NCBI RefSeq assembly: GCF_006345805.1
Contig: NC_042998.1
Coordinates: forward strand, 74,896,001-74,960,000
From: Octopus sinensis
Lineage: Eukaryota
Direction: 5' to 3'
Length of the DNA stretch: 64,000 bases
The position numbers were made by a program, and so were the translations under genes. Shown here piece by piece: positions 24,057 to 35,374 of this stretch. How positions within the stretch are numbered: the stretch's first letter is position 1; each line of letters opens with the position of its first letter. The notes below the pieces were generated by a model that saw only the letters and a program-made list of their open reading frames with translations, ran no database searches and was not told the origin of the DNA.

Positions 24057-24850
24057 TTTCCGTGTGCTTCGTTACGTGATAGTTGAAACTGTTATTGATC
24101 AAAGCGGATCTTGATTTTCATTTCCAGAAGTATGTTGTATAAAAAATTAATATTTAACGACCGGTTTCGAATAAGTTTTTTTTCCAATGGATTTCTAACT
24201 AGAGTACTTTTGGAAAACATATAGTCGATTACATCGATATCAGTATTGAACGAATACTTATTTTATCAACACTAGCAGAAAAGGAGCCTAACAATTCATA
24301 ACAGAGTTATTTTCATTGTGAGCTAGAAAAGTAACTCCCTTTCACATTTCCGAGGCGATACCGTCGTTTTCAGCTTCTTTATTGTTAGCAAATTGACTGA
24401 TGAATTTATCGATTTAATCTCAACAAATTCTATTTACTTTACAATTAATGTGATAGTTCTTCCTGTTGAAAAGTTCATATGTTAAAACGTTCACATCTCT
24501 ATGGTAAAGTATAAAATATATTCCGTTTAATAGATTACAGATATTCTAAGACTACCAAAGTGTTTACTATGTAAAATGATTGATCGCAGCACTGCCCCAA
24601 TATTCATTACGATTTCTTTCAGAAATATTTCTAACAAATGCAATGGAGATTGAAGCATCGTTCGTCAATGGCGATATATTTTGAGGTTTTGTTCAACAAC
24701 ACTCATATGTAAATATGCGTCAACGTTCCCATCTTGATTCTGCTCTTAACTCAATTTAAACGATTACATAAACACGAAGGCGATTACATACACATCCTCA
24801 TACACACAGACACACGTATATGTATCCATCTATAGATGGATACATATACG
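24057..24850 (-). repeat. Right arm of the inverted duplication, ending in a 36-bp perfect palindrome
   Basis: Collinear reverse complement of the left arm. CGTATATGTATCCATCTA|TAGATGGATACATATACG at 24815-24850. Confidence 0.95.
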
Positions 24851-25876
24851 CTAAGATTAAAAGATGTTCTATATGACACATTCTACCAGTATACGAAGTT
24901 TGAAAGTGTTTAGGTAAAGAAAATGAATTAATCGAGCTGCCCATGAAAAGAAAAAGATCCGATTTTCTTCAACGAATACACTCGATATTAACATCTAAAT
25001 ATAATTTTGAGTGGAGTATTACAAATATTATTAAACATTTGAATCCGTAGTTGGGTTCTAGGTGTGGTAGCATATCTAAACGTTTTTCCATATCATGAAT
25101 TCCATGTTTACTAATCAATCAATCATTTTATCCTAACCCATTAAAAAATCGTCAAATTTATACCCATTTTAAAGAAAAGAACACCGTTAATTTTGAACTA
25201 TCAACCACTTTTTTTCCTTCATATCATCTGCGACATTCTAAAAAATCTCTTTCTTCATCTCCCTTCATTTCTTCACCACGATCATCTACTTTTCATAAGC
25301 CACAATAGTTTTCACAGAAATCAGTCTAAAGTCGGTCCAACAGCAAGAGTGATAGAATGAATTTTATCTGACATAACCAAGACAAAGAAAAACAAAAGAA
25401 AAGAAACTACAAGTTGAATCTCTCAAAAGTTTTCCACACTTTGGCTCACAATATTCTGTTCTTTAAACCATATTATAGAATAGTTAAAAATGAAATATAT
25501 AAAAATACTTCACATTTGTATCGTTAACTGATAAGATCTTGAGTACAATGCGAAAATGGTAAATCATCTACATCACCCTGTTGGTTTTTCTCAAGTATTT
25601 TTCCTAAGAAACAAGACCATGTCTCTATGAGTTATGTAGCTGTGACATGAAAATTATTTGTTTTATATACTATGCTAGGAAAGGCATCGGGTATATTCCG
25701 GATATTATTTTAATGTAATATGAGACTAATAGTCTCTGTTTCTCGCAACTGAGTGATCTGTCATACTCCCCCATTCAAGCACTCCTGATCCTCGCGTGTC
25801 TTCTCCTCTGGTTACACTTCTTGTGTCATGCAGACAACCGTTCAGTTTTTATGACAATGTAATAATACCGATAACC

Positions 25877-26088
25877 CTTTGTACTAAAGGCATGGATTCT
25901 GGGCTTTTGGAAGGAGGGGCTCATCGATTATATCGACCCCAGTGTGAAACAGGTACTTATTTCGTCGATTTCCAAAGGATGAAAAGGCAAAGTCAACGTC
26001 AACAGAATTTGAACTCAGTTCGTAGAAACGGACGAAATACCGCAAAGAATTTTGCCTGGCGTGCTAATGATTCTGCCAACTCGCCGTT
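25877..26088 (-). mobile_element. SINE family B
   Basis: Reverse-complement match to the family-B head and body. Confidence 0.85.
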
Positions 26089-26451
26089 ACGATTTCTGGT
26101 CAAAACCAGAACTAATGTTTCCATATGCAGTATGTTAAATGCAGGTTACATTTATTTCCTAATCAACGTTAGTTAGTTTAATGACAGTTTAGATATATTT
26201 AGTTCGGTTGTCTCTCATCATTTTATAATAGTGGGTATATTTTTCTTTTCACTTGTTTTCTTTCTCTCCCTTGAATGTTAGAATCATGCTTTCTCACCGT
26301 GCTCTCACCCAAAGCTGCCGCCACCACTGATACCGAAAATTTTTGTATCAGATATCTTGATATCCTAATTTCATTCTACCGATCCCAATAATAATAATGG
26401 TAGTGAGGATAAGAAGGATCCTTAGAGAAATAGTAATTGTGATAATAATAA

Positions 26452-26662
26452 TTTCAAATTTTGGCACAAGGCTAGCAGTTTCGTGGAGGGAGGTAAGTCG
26501 ACTACATCGACCTCAGTGTTCAGCTGGTGCTTATTTTATCGACCCCGAAACGATGAAAGGCAAAGTCGACCTCAGCATAATTTGAACTCAAAACATAAAG
26601 ACGGACAAAATGCCAATAAGGATTTTGCTAACACGCTAACGATTCTGCCAGTTCGCCGCCTT
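26452..26662 (-). mobile_element. SINE family B (B2 tail CCTTGTGCCAAAATTTGAAA)
   Basis: Full head, body and tail on the minus strand. Confidence 0.9.
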
Positions 26663-26759
26663 GAGTAATTGTGATAACAATAAGAATATAGTATAGTGTT
26701 AGTAACAATGTTGGTAGTAGTGACAGTAGTAGCAATTGTAATAATAACTATGACAATAT

Positions 26760-27960
26760 GTCAGGTCACTTTTAGTGCTATTGGTGACATGTAATCCACT
26801 ACAACCTGTATCATGGTGGGTCCGTCGGCGACTAAACTGTCAAACATACAAAGCATTTGTCTGATAAGCAATGTGGTTTTTGTTGGGTACCCTATAAGAC
26901 AATAAACGAAATCATTTAAAGGGCTGATGAACTCACTAGAGTCAACGACAATCCACTAAATGTGTCTTTATGTACTGAGAGAATACAGTAGGTGTCGACC
27001 AACGCAGAATAACCAGCTTCAATGAGGGCAAAGAGGCCTCTCAAGAGTCTTGGTTGACGACTTGTCTAATGAGGGTAACACGATATACCGGCTGGCTGAT
27101 GGTAACCTGAAAACACATGCCTCAGTTATGAGAGAAATATCAATAATCTTATTGATCACAACGAGGCTGGAGCCTTTTGCGAAGGTGTCGCATCCGGCAG
27201 GTGTCCTGTAAGCCTGCAGACATAGTCGTGATCAAGCAACTGATGACCCATAACAGTGTAGGAGATTAAAATGGACGAAAGAGAACAACAAATTGTTATT
27301 TGAATGTTATATTAAGAGTGATCCCGAGAAAAGATGTTAAAGATAAAGGTTACAAGGTCTCTGGGGAAATAGATTATCTATATGATGAGCTGGGGTATGT
27401 GAGTAAAGAAAGATTGGACAAATTAATATCAAAAATTGTTAGAGAATATGGAACGACAGGAGATTATAATGGAAATGCGAAATGAACTGTAGAGGACAAA
27501 TGATCCAGAAGAAATGCTCATTGAACAGGAGGGTTGACAGAGATTAAACATGGAGGGAGGGCATCTACGATATATAGAAGACAGGGTTCCTCCAAGTTGC
27601 TGAAAGAAGTTAGCTGGAAATAGTTACTCTCCACGACAGAAAGGTTGCTATCATTCAAGTAATGTGATAGAGCAAAACTTATCTCAGAACTCAGGAAAGC
27701 AAATGAAGCCGTGAGATACCTAATGAAGTTCATCACCAAGTTAAATTCTTTTATGCATATCATTGCTTATGCCACCACTGAGGAGAAAACTGGAATGTTT
27801 AGAGAAAAAATGTACAGAGAAACAATTAACCATTCTAGCAAAGGAGAATGCAAGAAAATTTTCGATATATGACGGAATGATTTAAGTTCGAGGAAAACAA
27901 GGAGAGAAAATATGAGGCTCAATGAAAGAGAACAGAATTACATAAATAAGAAATACCACC
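26760..27960 (+). mobile_element. Probable 5' part of an R4/Dong-clade LINE, decayed
   Basis: YLYDELGYVSKERL and ERLLSFK*CDRAKLISELRKANEAVRYL..ITKLNSFMHIIAYA resemble the N-terminal region of Dong-type ORFs. Starts next to a degenerate TAG/TAA tract. Confidence 0.5.
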
Positions 27961-28590
27961 TGATGGATAAAGACACTCCATTTGTATCGGATATTTTAAA
28001 ACAAAAGATAAATGACTTTGGTCTTAAAGGGATGTGTACGTTTTGACTATACTTGTAACATGTTTAGAAATATGTATATACAAAATTTAACAATGTATCT
28101 CGAAATAAAAATGCTTGTAAATAATAGCTTGTAATATATTAGGTTTTAAATTCTTTGAATGAAAGAAAAAACCCCGAAAACCTGCACTTTCAAGACTCGA
28201 ACCACGCATTTGTTTCTTATGAACATTTCTCACAACGCTTTGTACATTTGCATAATAAATGTATACTTAGACATACGCATACAAACATACTTAAACTATA
28301 CAAATGTATATGTCCATGTATGTATTTATGTATGCATATGTGTGTGTGTTGCGTATGTGTTGCTGCATCTGTGCGCATGTATGTATAGATATATTCAAAT
28401 ATGAACTGTGAGGAGCCTCTCATATCTCATTGTAAGCGATCTATAATCGATAGTTGACAAAGTATGCGTTTTCCTGTTTTGTGACATCTTTCTCATAAAA
28501 CACTCGTTATCAAAAAACATTACATCAGATATCATTTCATACTGTAAAAATAAAGAACATTTACTGCGCTTTTTGTAAACATACTTTCAG

Positions 28591-28715
28591 GAAATCCGCC
28601 TTTCAAACTTGATTGGATTCCCTATCTTTATTGTTATTACCAAAAATTGTTTGTAGACACACCGAAATGTAAAATTACCCGACCATCTAGAAACTGCATT
28701 CTGCAAAATACACAC
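28591..28715 (+). other. Candidate orphan exon (xNPPFKLDWIPYLYCYYQKLFVDTPKCKITRPSRNCILQNTH)
   Basis: TACTTTCAG acceptor, CAC|GTAAGC donor, one open frame. No homology recognised. Confidence 0.2.
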
Positions 28716-29029
28716 GTAAGCCTGAACGACTTTTACGTTTTGATTATTTGTCCAAATGGCATACAACAAACATTAATGTGCATTACAGATATTTTAAGTT
28801 ATATGTTTGGCAGTAATTTATCGTTTGCAGAACAATGTAGAGGGTTGAGGAATGACTTGATATTACTTAGCATAACTTGTGAATTGAAACATATCTCTAG
28901 TTGAAACATTGGAAGCCACTTTTTTATTGCCACTGCAATTCATCATCATCATCATCTCTGAAGACCTGCTGTTCTGCTCTCATGACAGTTTCTTAAAACT
29001 TTCTGCTTCTACTACTTCTCCTGCTGCTG

Positions 29030-29109
<80 letters not shown>

Positions 29110-29110
29110 G
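29030..29110. repeat. (ACT)n microsatellite
   Basis: Direct reading. Confidence 0.95.
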
Positions 29111-29147
29111 TCAATAATAATATTGATGACGATGACGGTGATGATCA

Positions 29148-29547
29148 TTTCAAATTTTGGTACAAGTCCAGTAAATTCGGGTGAGGGGGTAAGTTAATTA
29201 CATCGACCCCAGTACTCAACTGATACTTTTTTTATCAACCCCGAAAGGATGAAAGGGAAAATCAACCTCGGTAGAATTTGAAGTCAGAACGTAAAGATCC
29301 AGAAAAAATACCTTTTTCTTTACTACCCACAAGGGGCTAAACACAGTGAGGACAAACAAAGACAGACAAACGGATCGAGTCGATTACATCGACCCCAGTG
29401 CGTAACTGGTACTTATTTAATCGACCCCAAAAGGATGAAAGGTAAAATCAACCTCGGTAGAATTTGAAGTCAGAACGTAAAGATCCAGAAAAAATACCGT
29501 TAAGCAATTTGCCCGGCATGTCAACGATTCCGCCAGTTCGCCGCTTT
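29148..29547 (-). mobile_element. SINE-B dimer with a 55-bp perfect internal duplication
   Basis: 29258-29312 is identical to 29444-29498. The B1 module lies between them. Confidence 0.9.
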
Positions 29548-29564
29548 ACCACCACAAATAATAC

Positions 29565-29764
29565 TTTGCACAATAATCATAAGGTCTGAAATATGGAGGG
29601 TGGAGTATTGTCGATTACTTCGACCTCAGAGCTCGACTGGTACATTTTTCATTGATCTCGAAAGTATAAGATGCAAAGTCGAACTTAGCATATTTTGAAA
29701 TCAGAATGCAACGACGGATGAAATGCTGTTAAGCATTTTGTCCGGCATGCAAAAGTTTCTGCCT
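29565..29764 (-). mobile_element. SINE family B, diverged
   Basis: Head and body recognisable. Confidence 0.8.
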
Positions 29765-29797
29765 TCTTTGCAAACACAAATAAATTTATAAGTAGTG

Positions 29798-29972
29798 TTT
29801 CAAATTTTGGCACAAGATCAGAAATTTTTTGAGGACCAAGTCAATTATTTTTTAACGACCACAGAATGCTGAACGGCGAAATTGATCAAAGTTGTATTGA
29901 ACTCAGAATGTGAAGCGCCGGAACAAGTATCAAAAGACACTATCCGATGATTTTTAATGATTCTGCTTGTTC
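29798..29972 (-). mobile_element. SINE family B, diverged and internally deleted
   Basis: Tail TTTCAAATTTTGGCACAAG and B-box region TTGAACTCAGAA recognisable. Confidence 0.7.
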
Positions 29973-29997
29973 AAAACCCTTTTATGAAAGGATTTAT

Positions 29998-30115
29998 GTT
30001 TTAAGCACAAGGACAACAATTTTGAGAGGATTGGATTAGTCGATAGCCTCGACTCCAGCACATGATTGTTATCTTATTTCGTCGACTCTGAAAGGTTGAA
30101 AGGTTATATTGATCA
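29998..30115 (-). mobile_element. SINE family B 3' fragment
   Basis: Tail and body remnants only. Confidence 0.6.
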
Positions 30116-31063
30116 CACAATGGAGTCTCGAAAGATACAGTAAAATATAGTAAATGATAAAACGGGTGATTAAAAGAGGATGTGTGGTGGGACTAAAAAT
30201 ACATACATAGAGAAGGGGAAATGTGTAAGACGTTATGTTGTACATTTGGAAACAACTTGAAAATACAAACACGCAGCTTTAATTTTTATAATGCATAATG
30301 GAATGTACAATTAATAAAAAATATGTTATTAAAAAAAGATGGAATTTTATGTCTTTCATTTTCTATATTTCAGCCCAAGTGACCGTATCTATGTAGGAGC
30401 ATCCAAGTATCGCCATTCTTATGCGACTGGCTTTTGGTGAAGGAGGAAATACGAGACGGCTGCCCTCTTTTCAGTTTCTTGCCGTGATATAGTTTCATAT
30501 GGGACATTCGATAGCAGGAGATCAGTTTGTTTCTTGAAAACATTTAATTTGAAAATATATAATTTAAGAAAGATATCATTTAAACAAAAAATAACATTTG
30601 CAGATCATTTAGAGTTCCCACCTACACAAGAGCAGAGAAACCACTGCCTTGATCGGGATAGAGCACACTGTACTGCCCTCCTGTCATTTCTCGAACTAAG
30701 TCCCGTGCATCCTAAAGTGACTTTTAACATTTTAACGCAAAGTTTGTTATATGAACGACCCACTTACTTAGGAAATTCATTTTAAATAACGATAATAAAA
30801 ATTTATCGCTTTTGTTAAGGCCCTGATTTTAGCATGTTTCCAGTATTCTGACACTAACATGATTCGCTCATTCGTATATGCAGGAAAAGCCCATCGTACC
30901 AATACCATGTTCTTGTGTCAATCAGCGTCGGTAACTCTCAAAGGAATGTGAATTTTATGTCATCTACGTCGTAATCTTTATCGCCTCGAGAAAGTAACTC
31001 CACAGGGGTTAATACTTCTATGGGGATATCTTCTTTTTTTACTTGGTGAATTTGTTTTGCAAA

Positions 31064-31157
31064 TTTGATAATCTTCTTTCATTATTATCAAACTTGAATA
31101 TTTGATAATCTTCGATTATTATCAAACTTGAAAGTTCGATAATCTTCGATTATTATC
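31064..31157. repeat. Three tandem ~34-bp units, each an imperfect hairpin
   Basis: TTTGATAAT-cttcgatt-ATTATCAAA-cttgaa repeated at 31064, 31101 and (partial) 31135. Confidence 0.8.
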
Positions 31158-31544
31158 TTATTATCATTCCTCCTTGTAACAAGACAATGCGGTAATGCTG
31201 CTTTTGCTACAGTAACGGATGAATTGCTTTCATATTTGTCTCCAGGATAGGGTACAAGGTGACCCAATCTGTTATTTCTGGCAGCTGTTTACCGAGTGTG
31301 CTCAAGAAAATCGGACTAGCAGTTTTTGATGCTACCCCGGCCCCTCTTCTCAGCTTTTCTCACTATTCAGCATTTTTAGCCTTTCGAGTTCTTCACGGGG
31401 AAAACCTTTTGAATGGATTTTAATTGCACGTGCTTAACAGCGGAGTTTATTTGCATTTAACGATCTATCCCCTGCCCTTAGTCTCGCGTACCGAACTTCA
31501 CTTTACTGAAAGAAAGGTGACATCATATGGTTGTGAGTGGATAG

Positions 31545-31586
31545 AAAGATAGATGGGTGGGTAGATAGATAGATAGATAGATAGAT

Positions 31587-31659
<73 letters not shown>

Positions 31660-31660
31660 C
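31545..31660. repeat. (GATA)n/(GA)n microsatellite
   Basis: Direct reading. Confidence 0.95.
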
Positions 31661-32029
31661 GTCATGGGCGAATATTTAAGAAGTTCAGTTTGCAACCACA
31701 AAACCCTGGGTTTCAACCCATGCAATGTCAATTTGGAAAGTGTTATTTTATGTAACAGCAAAAAGACACATAACTGAATGAAAGTCTGTAGACAGGAACT
31801 CCATGCATGCCCGTCTGAGGGATTACAAAATATTTCAGTATACAACCTTGTCGCATACATTGTCACGCTGATTCTGCCATTTATTCTAGTCATTTGGAAT
31901 ACTCAACCACTTAAACGCTAAATCAACGGGCTCTCATTTCAAGACCGACAGATAACTATCTACTCTACATACACACGACATCCACAAACACACACGCTCG
32001 TCAGTGTTTATGCATATATGCATGCAATC

Positions 32030-32037
32030 ATATATAC

Positions 32038-32129
<92 letters not shown>

Positions 32130-32203
32130 GTGTGTATATATATATATTATATATATATGTATATATATATGTGTGTGTATATATATATATATGTATATAT
32201 ATG

Positions 32204-32249
<46 letters not shown>

Positions 32250-32250
32250 T
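32030..32250. repeat. (TA)n microsatellite
   Basis: Direct reading. Confidence 0.95.
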
Positions 32251-32870
32251 AAACTTAAACAATATTTATTATAATGAGGGTTAGGCAAAAGAATTTGCTT
32301 CACCACACACCGAACTTTAGAAATAGCAGCCAAAGAACCTAGCTGTTTCTTCTACTGTAAGAAACAACTCTCAGACAATATATGGTCAAAAACATATCAC
32401 GTAGGCAGAGAAAGAAAACAACGAAATTCACCTGGCATTTGATTAACTGTGGACGCGTCTCGAAATTAGATAGATATGACAAATGCAATAATCACATTTT
32501 CATTCTCATCATTTTTCTCTTCAGGACAGTATTTCAGGATTATAAATTTGGTAGCACTGAAAGAAGTGAACATACCTATCCGACTCCAGTAACATCAGAC
32601 AAATTATATCCATGACCAGTACCGCCGAATTCAAAACATGCGAATGACAATACTATTGACAATACTATGCATATATATATATATATATATATATAGAACC
32701 AACTTACTTAGAAATGAATGCGTGCGTTCCGTCATATAATAACAAATTAATAAACAAAACATATGCACATATACATGCATATATGTACGTACCTACATCT
32801 ACTTGTATATATACATGCATATATGAGAGGGGGGAGGGAATGGTTGTAGAGAAAACCAGAAAGAATGAAG

Positions 32871-32911
<41 letters not shown>

Positions 32912-32935
32912 CAGAAAGGTAGAATGAATGAAATA

Positions 32936-33147
32936 ACAAATTAATAAATAAGACATATGCATATATACATAAATGTACGTACCTACATCTACATGTATAT
33001 ATACATGCATATATGGGTACAGGACACAAAAAAAAAACGTCGAACACAATGAGAAACGAAAACATAAACACAAAACCAAGGAAATGGACATTTTGCTTAA
33101 GCAAAGAAAAAATAGAGTACAGGACATACAACACAAGGATAATTCCC
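32936..33147 (+). repeat. Interspersed repeat family D, copy 1 (left arm of an inverted pair); partial direct copy at 32738-32825
   Basis: Reverse complement of 33535-33749. The start (ACAAATTAATAAA...GTACGTACCTACATCTAC) is duplicated upstream across a (GA)n tract. Confidence 0.85.
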
Positions 33148-33439
33148 TCCCTTTCCCCCCTCTCTTACTCCTCCTCTGTCCCGTCGTTGACCAGCGACGA
33201 GAAAGCTACTGTCTTTCTGACCTCGCTTCCCCCGAGTGTAGACGGCTTTTCTGTGTCTCTCTCTGCCGTTCTCAACAAGCGTTCGTAATATTTTCTCTCG
33301 TTTGGCTTAACAACCCTCATTGTTTGTGTTACTGTTATTCTCCTTGCCCTATCTTTTACTGTTTATAATTTGTACTGTCTTTACTGCCCTATTTTTCTAC
33401 CATTTTTACCCCTCCGCAAAAAAATATCAAATTTAATTT

Positions 33440-33746
33440 AATTTGCTTTTTGCGGGAAGGAATGTTTTGCTGAAGTCGAGTCTCGCCTTGACCTTCGAAA
33501 CGCGGAGTAGATGAAACAGAGGCGACTGAAGAAGGGGAATTTTCCTTGTGTTGTATGTTCTGCACTCTATTTTTTCATTGTTTAAAAAAAATGTCCATTT
33601 CCTTGGTTTTGTGTTTATGTTTTCGTTTCTCATTGTGTTCGACGTTGTTTTTGGTGTCCTGTACCCATACATGCATGTATATATACATGTAGATGTAGGT
33701 ACGTACATATATGTATGTATATATGCATATGTTTTATTTATTAATT

Positions 33747-33749
<3 letters not shown>
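33440..33749 (-). repeat. Interspersed repeat family D, copy 2 (possibly derived from a Penelope terminal repeat)
   Basis: Inverted match to 32936-33147. Contains CGAAACGCG and CTGAAGAAGG pieces reminiscent of Penelope ends. Confidence 0.7.
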
Positions 33750-33812
<63 letters not shown>

Positions 33813-33881
33813 AGTATATATGAATATATATATCAATTTCTCTCTCTCTCTCTCCCTCTCTGTCTCTCCCTCTTTCTCTCC

Positions 33882-33929
<48 letters not shown>

Positions 33930-34220
33930 ATATATATATATACTTAAATTATTTAAACATATATAATATGCGTGTTTGAGTATTTTTGCGTTTTTGTGTG
34001 TGCGTATTTGTGTGAGTGCGTGTGTGCTTATTGAAAGCTGAAGCTTCATCGATTTCATCGTTGGGTCTCACCTTGCCAAAATTCAAAGATTCAAGAGTAT
34101 GAGAAATGAAGGAGAGTGACACTTTATAAGGAAAAGTGTGCTTTTCCTAAATGATAAGTCTTCGAAAACTGTGAGAAAATGCGCAATATTCTTACAGCAG
34201 AACGCAAAACCCGACACCTA

Positions 34221-34439
34221 CTCTTTACTCTTTTACTCTTTTACTTGTTTCAGTCATTTGACTGTGGCCATGCTGGAGCACCGCCTTTAATCGAGAAACT
34301 CGATTCCGGGACTTATTCTTTTGTAAGCCCAGTACTTATTCTATCGGTCTCTTTTGCCGAACCGCTAAGTAACGGGGATATAAACACACCAGCATTGGTT
34401 GTCAAGCAATGCTAGAGGGACAAACACAGACACGCAAAC

Positions 34440-34470
<31 letters not shown>

Positions 34471-34641
34471 CATATATACGACAGGCTTCTTTCAGTTTCC
34501 GTCTACCAAATCCACTCACAAGGCATTGGTCGGCCCGGGGCTATAGCAGAAGACACTTGCCCAAGATGCCACGCAGTGGGACTGAACCCGGAACCATGTG
34601 GTTGGTTAGCAAGCTACTTACCACACAGCCACTCCTGCGCC
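34221..34641 (-). mobile_element. SINE family A, full length and young-looking
   Basis: tRNA-like head with B-box-like GGTTCAGTCCC, CORE-like TTGGGCAAGTGTCTT, (TG)n middle, (AAAAGAGT)n tail. Confidence 0.95.
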
Positions 34642-35164
34642 TACATTAACATAAATTTATAATTTGAATTATCAGGAGGTGAAACGGCTTTTTGAGTCTC
34701 TAAAAGTTTATGTATGTTTCGAAAATCTTTCCAAGGAATTTTCAGTAAAGTATATATAGCTTTCTATGTTTTACGGTTATTTGTGAGAAAATATCATAGT
34801 TAACTATATTAATACTACAGAAAGATGCATTCTGTTGAAGGATATCGACGTAGTTGTGATTAAGTATAGGAGAATAGATTCATGTGTTTGGCCTGATGAT
34901 ATTGGTTATAGAAGCAGGGAGGTTTTGTGAGCAACAGTAAGCTTTCTTAGCCATTTCTATTAAAGATGTTATGATATATATGGTTTATGGGAAAATGATC
35001 ATTTATAATGTTTAGTAAAATAATGTCTGGAGTGAAACGATCATTGAAAGTACCTGAAGGATTATATTATATGATAAAATATTTTCTGTATTGAGTAATT
35101 TTTTTCTAAATTCAAACGGTTATAGACCTTTCTACCAATCTATGATAACATACATGAGTACGTG

Positions 35165-35350
<186 letters not shown>

Positions 35351-35374
35351 GTATATTGGGAGAATTGATAATAA

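Noticed and set aside
21335-24836. Autonomous long-TIR DNA transposon
   Set aside because: No transposase was found in the spacer, and the arms contain old SINE debris. Retained only as an alternative to be tested.
26924-26948. CTGATGA-ACTC-ACTA-GAGT, a hammerhead-like start
   Set aside because: Followed by CAACG rather than GAAA, with no helix III or cleavage triplet. At best a relic.
30374-30440. Acceptor plus SDRIYVGASKYRHSYATGFW*; RHSYAT resembles a tyrosine-recombinase box
   Set aside because: Lacks the upstream HxL and any other integrase motif, and is too short.
31064-31157. CRISPR array
   Set aside because: Spacers are constant and only a few nt long, the context is eukaryotic, and there are no cas genes.
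33466-33550. CGAAACGCG and CTGAAGAAGG as a permuted hammerhead
   Set aside because: No NUH with a paired helix I could be folded.
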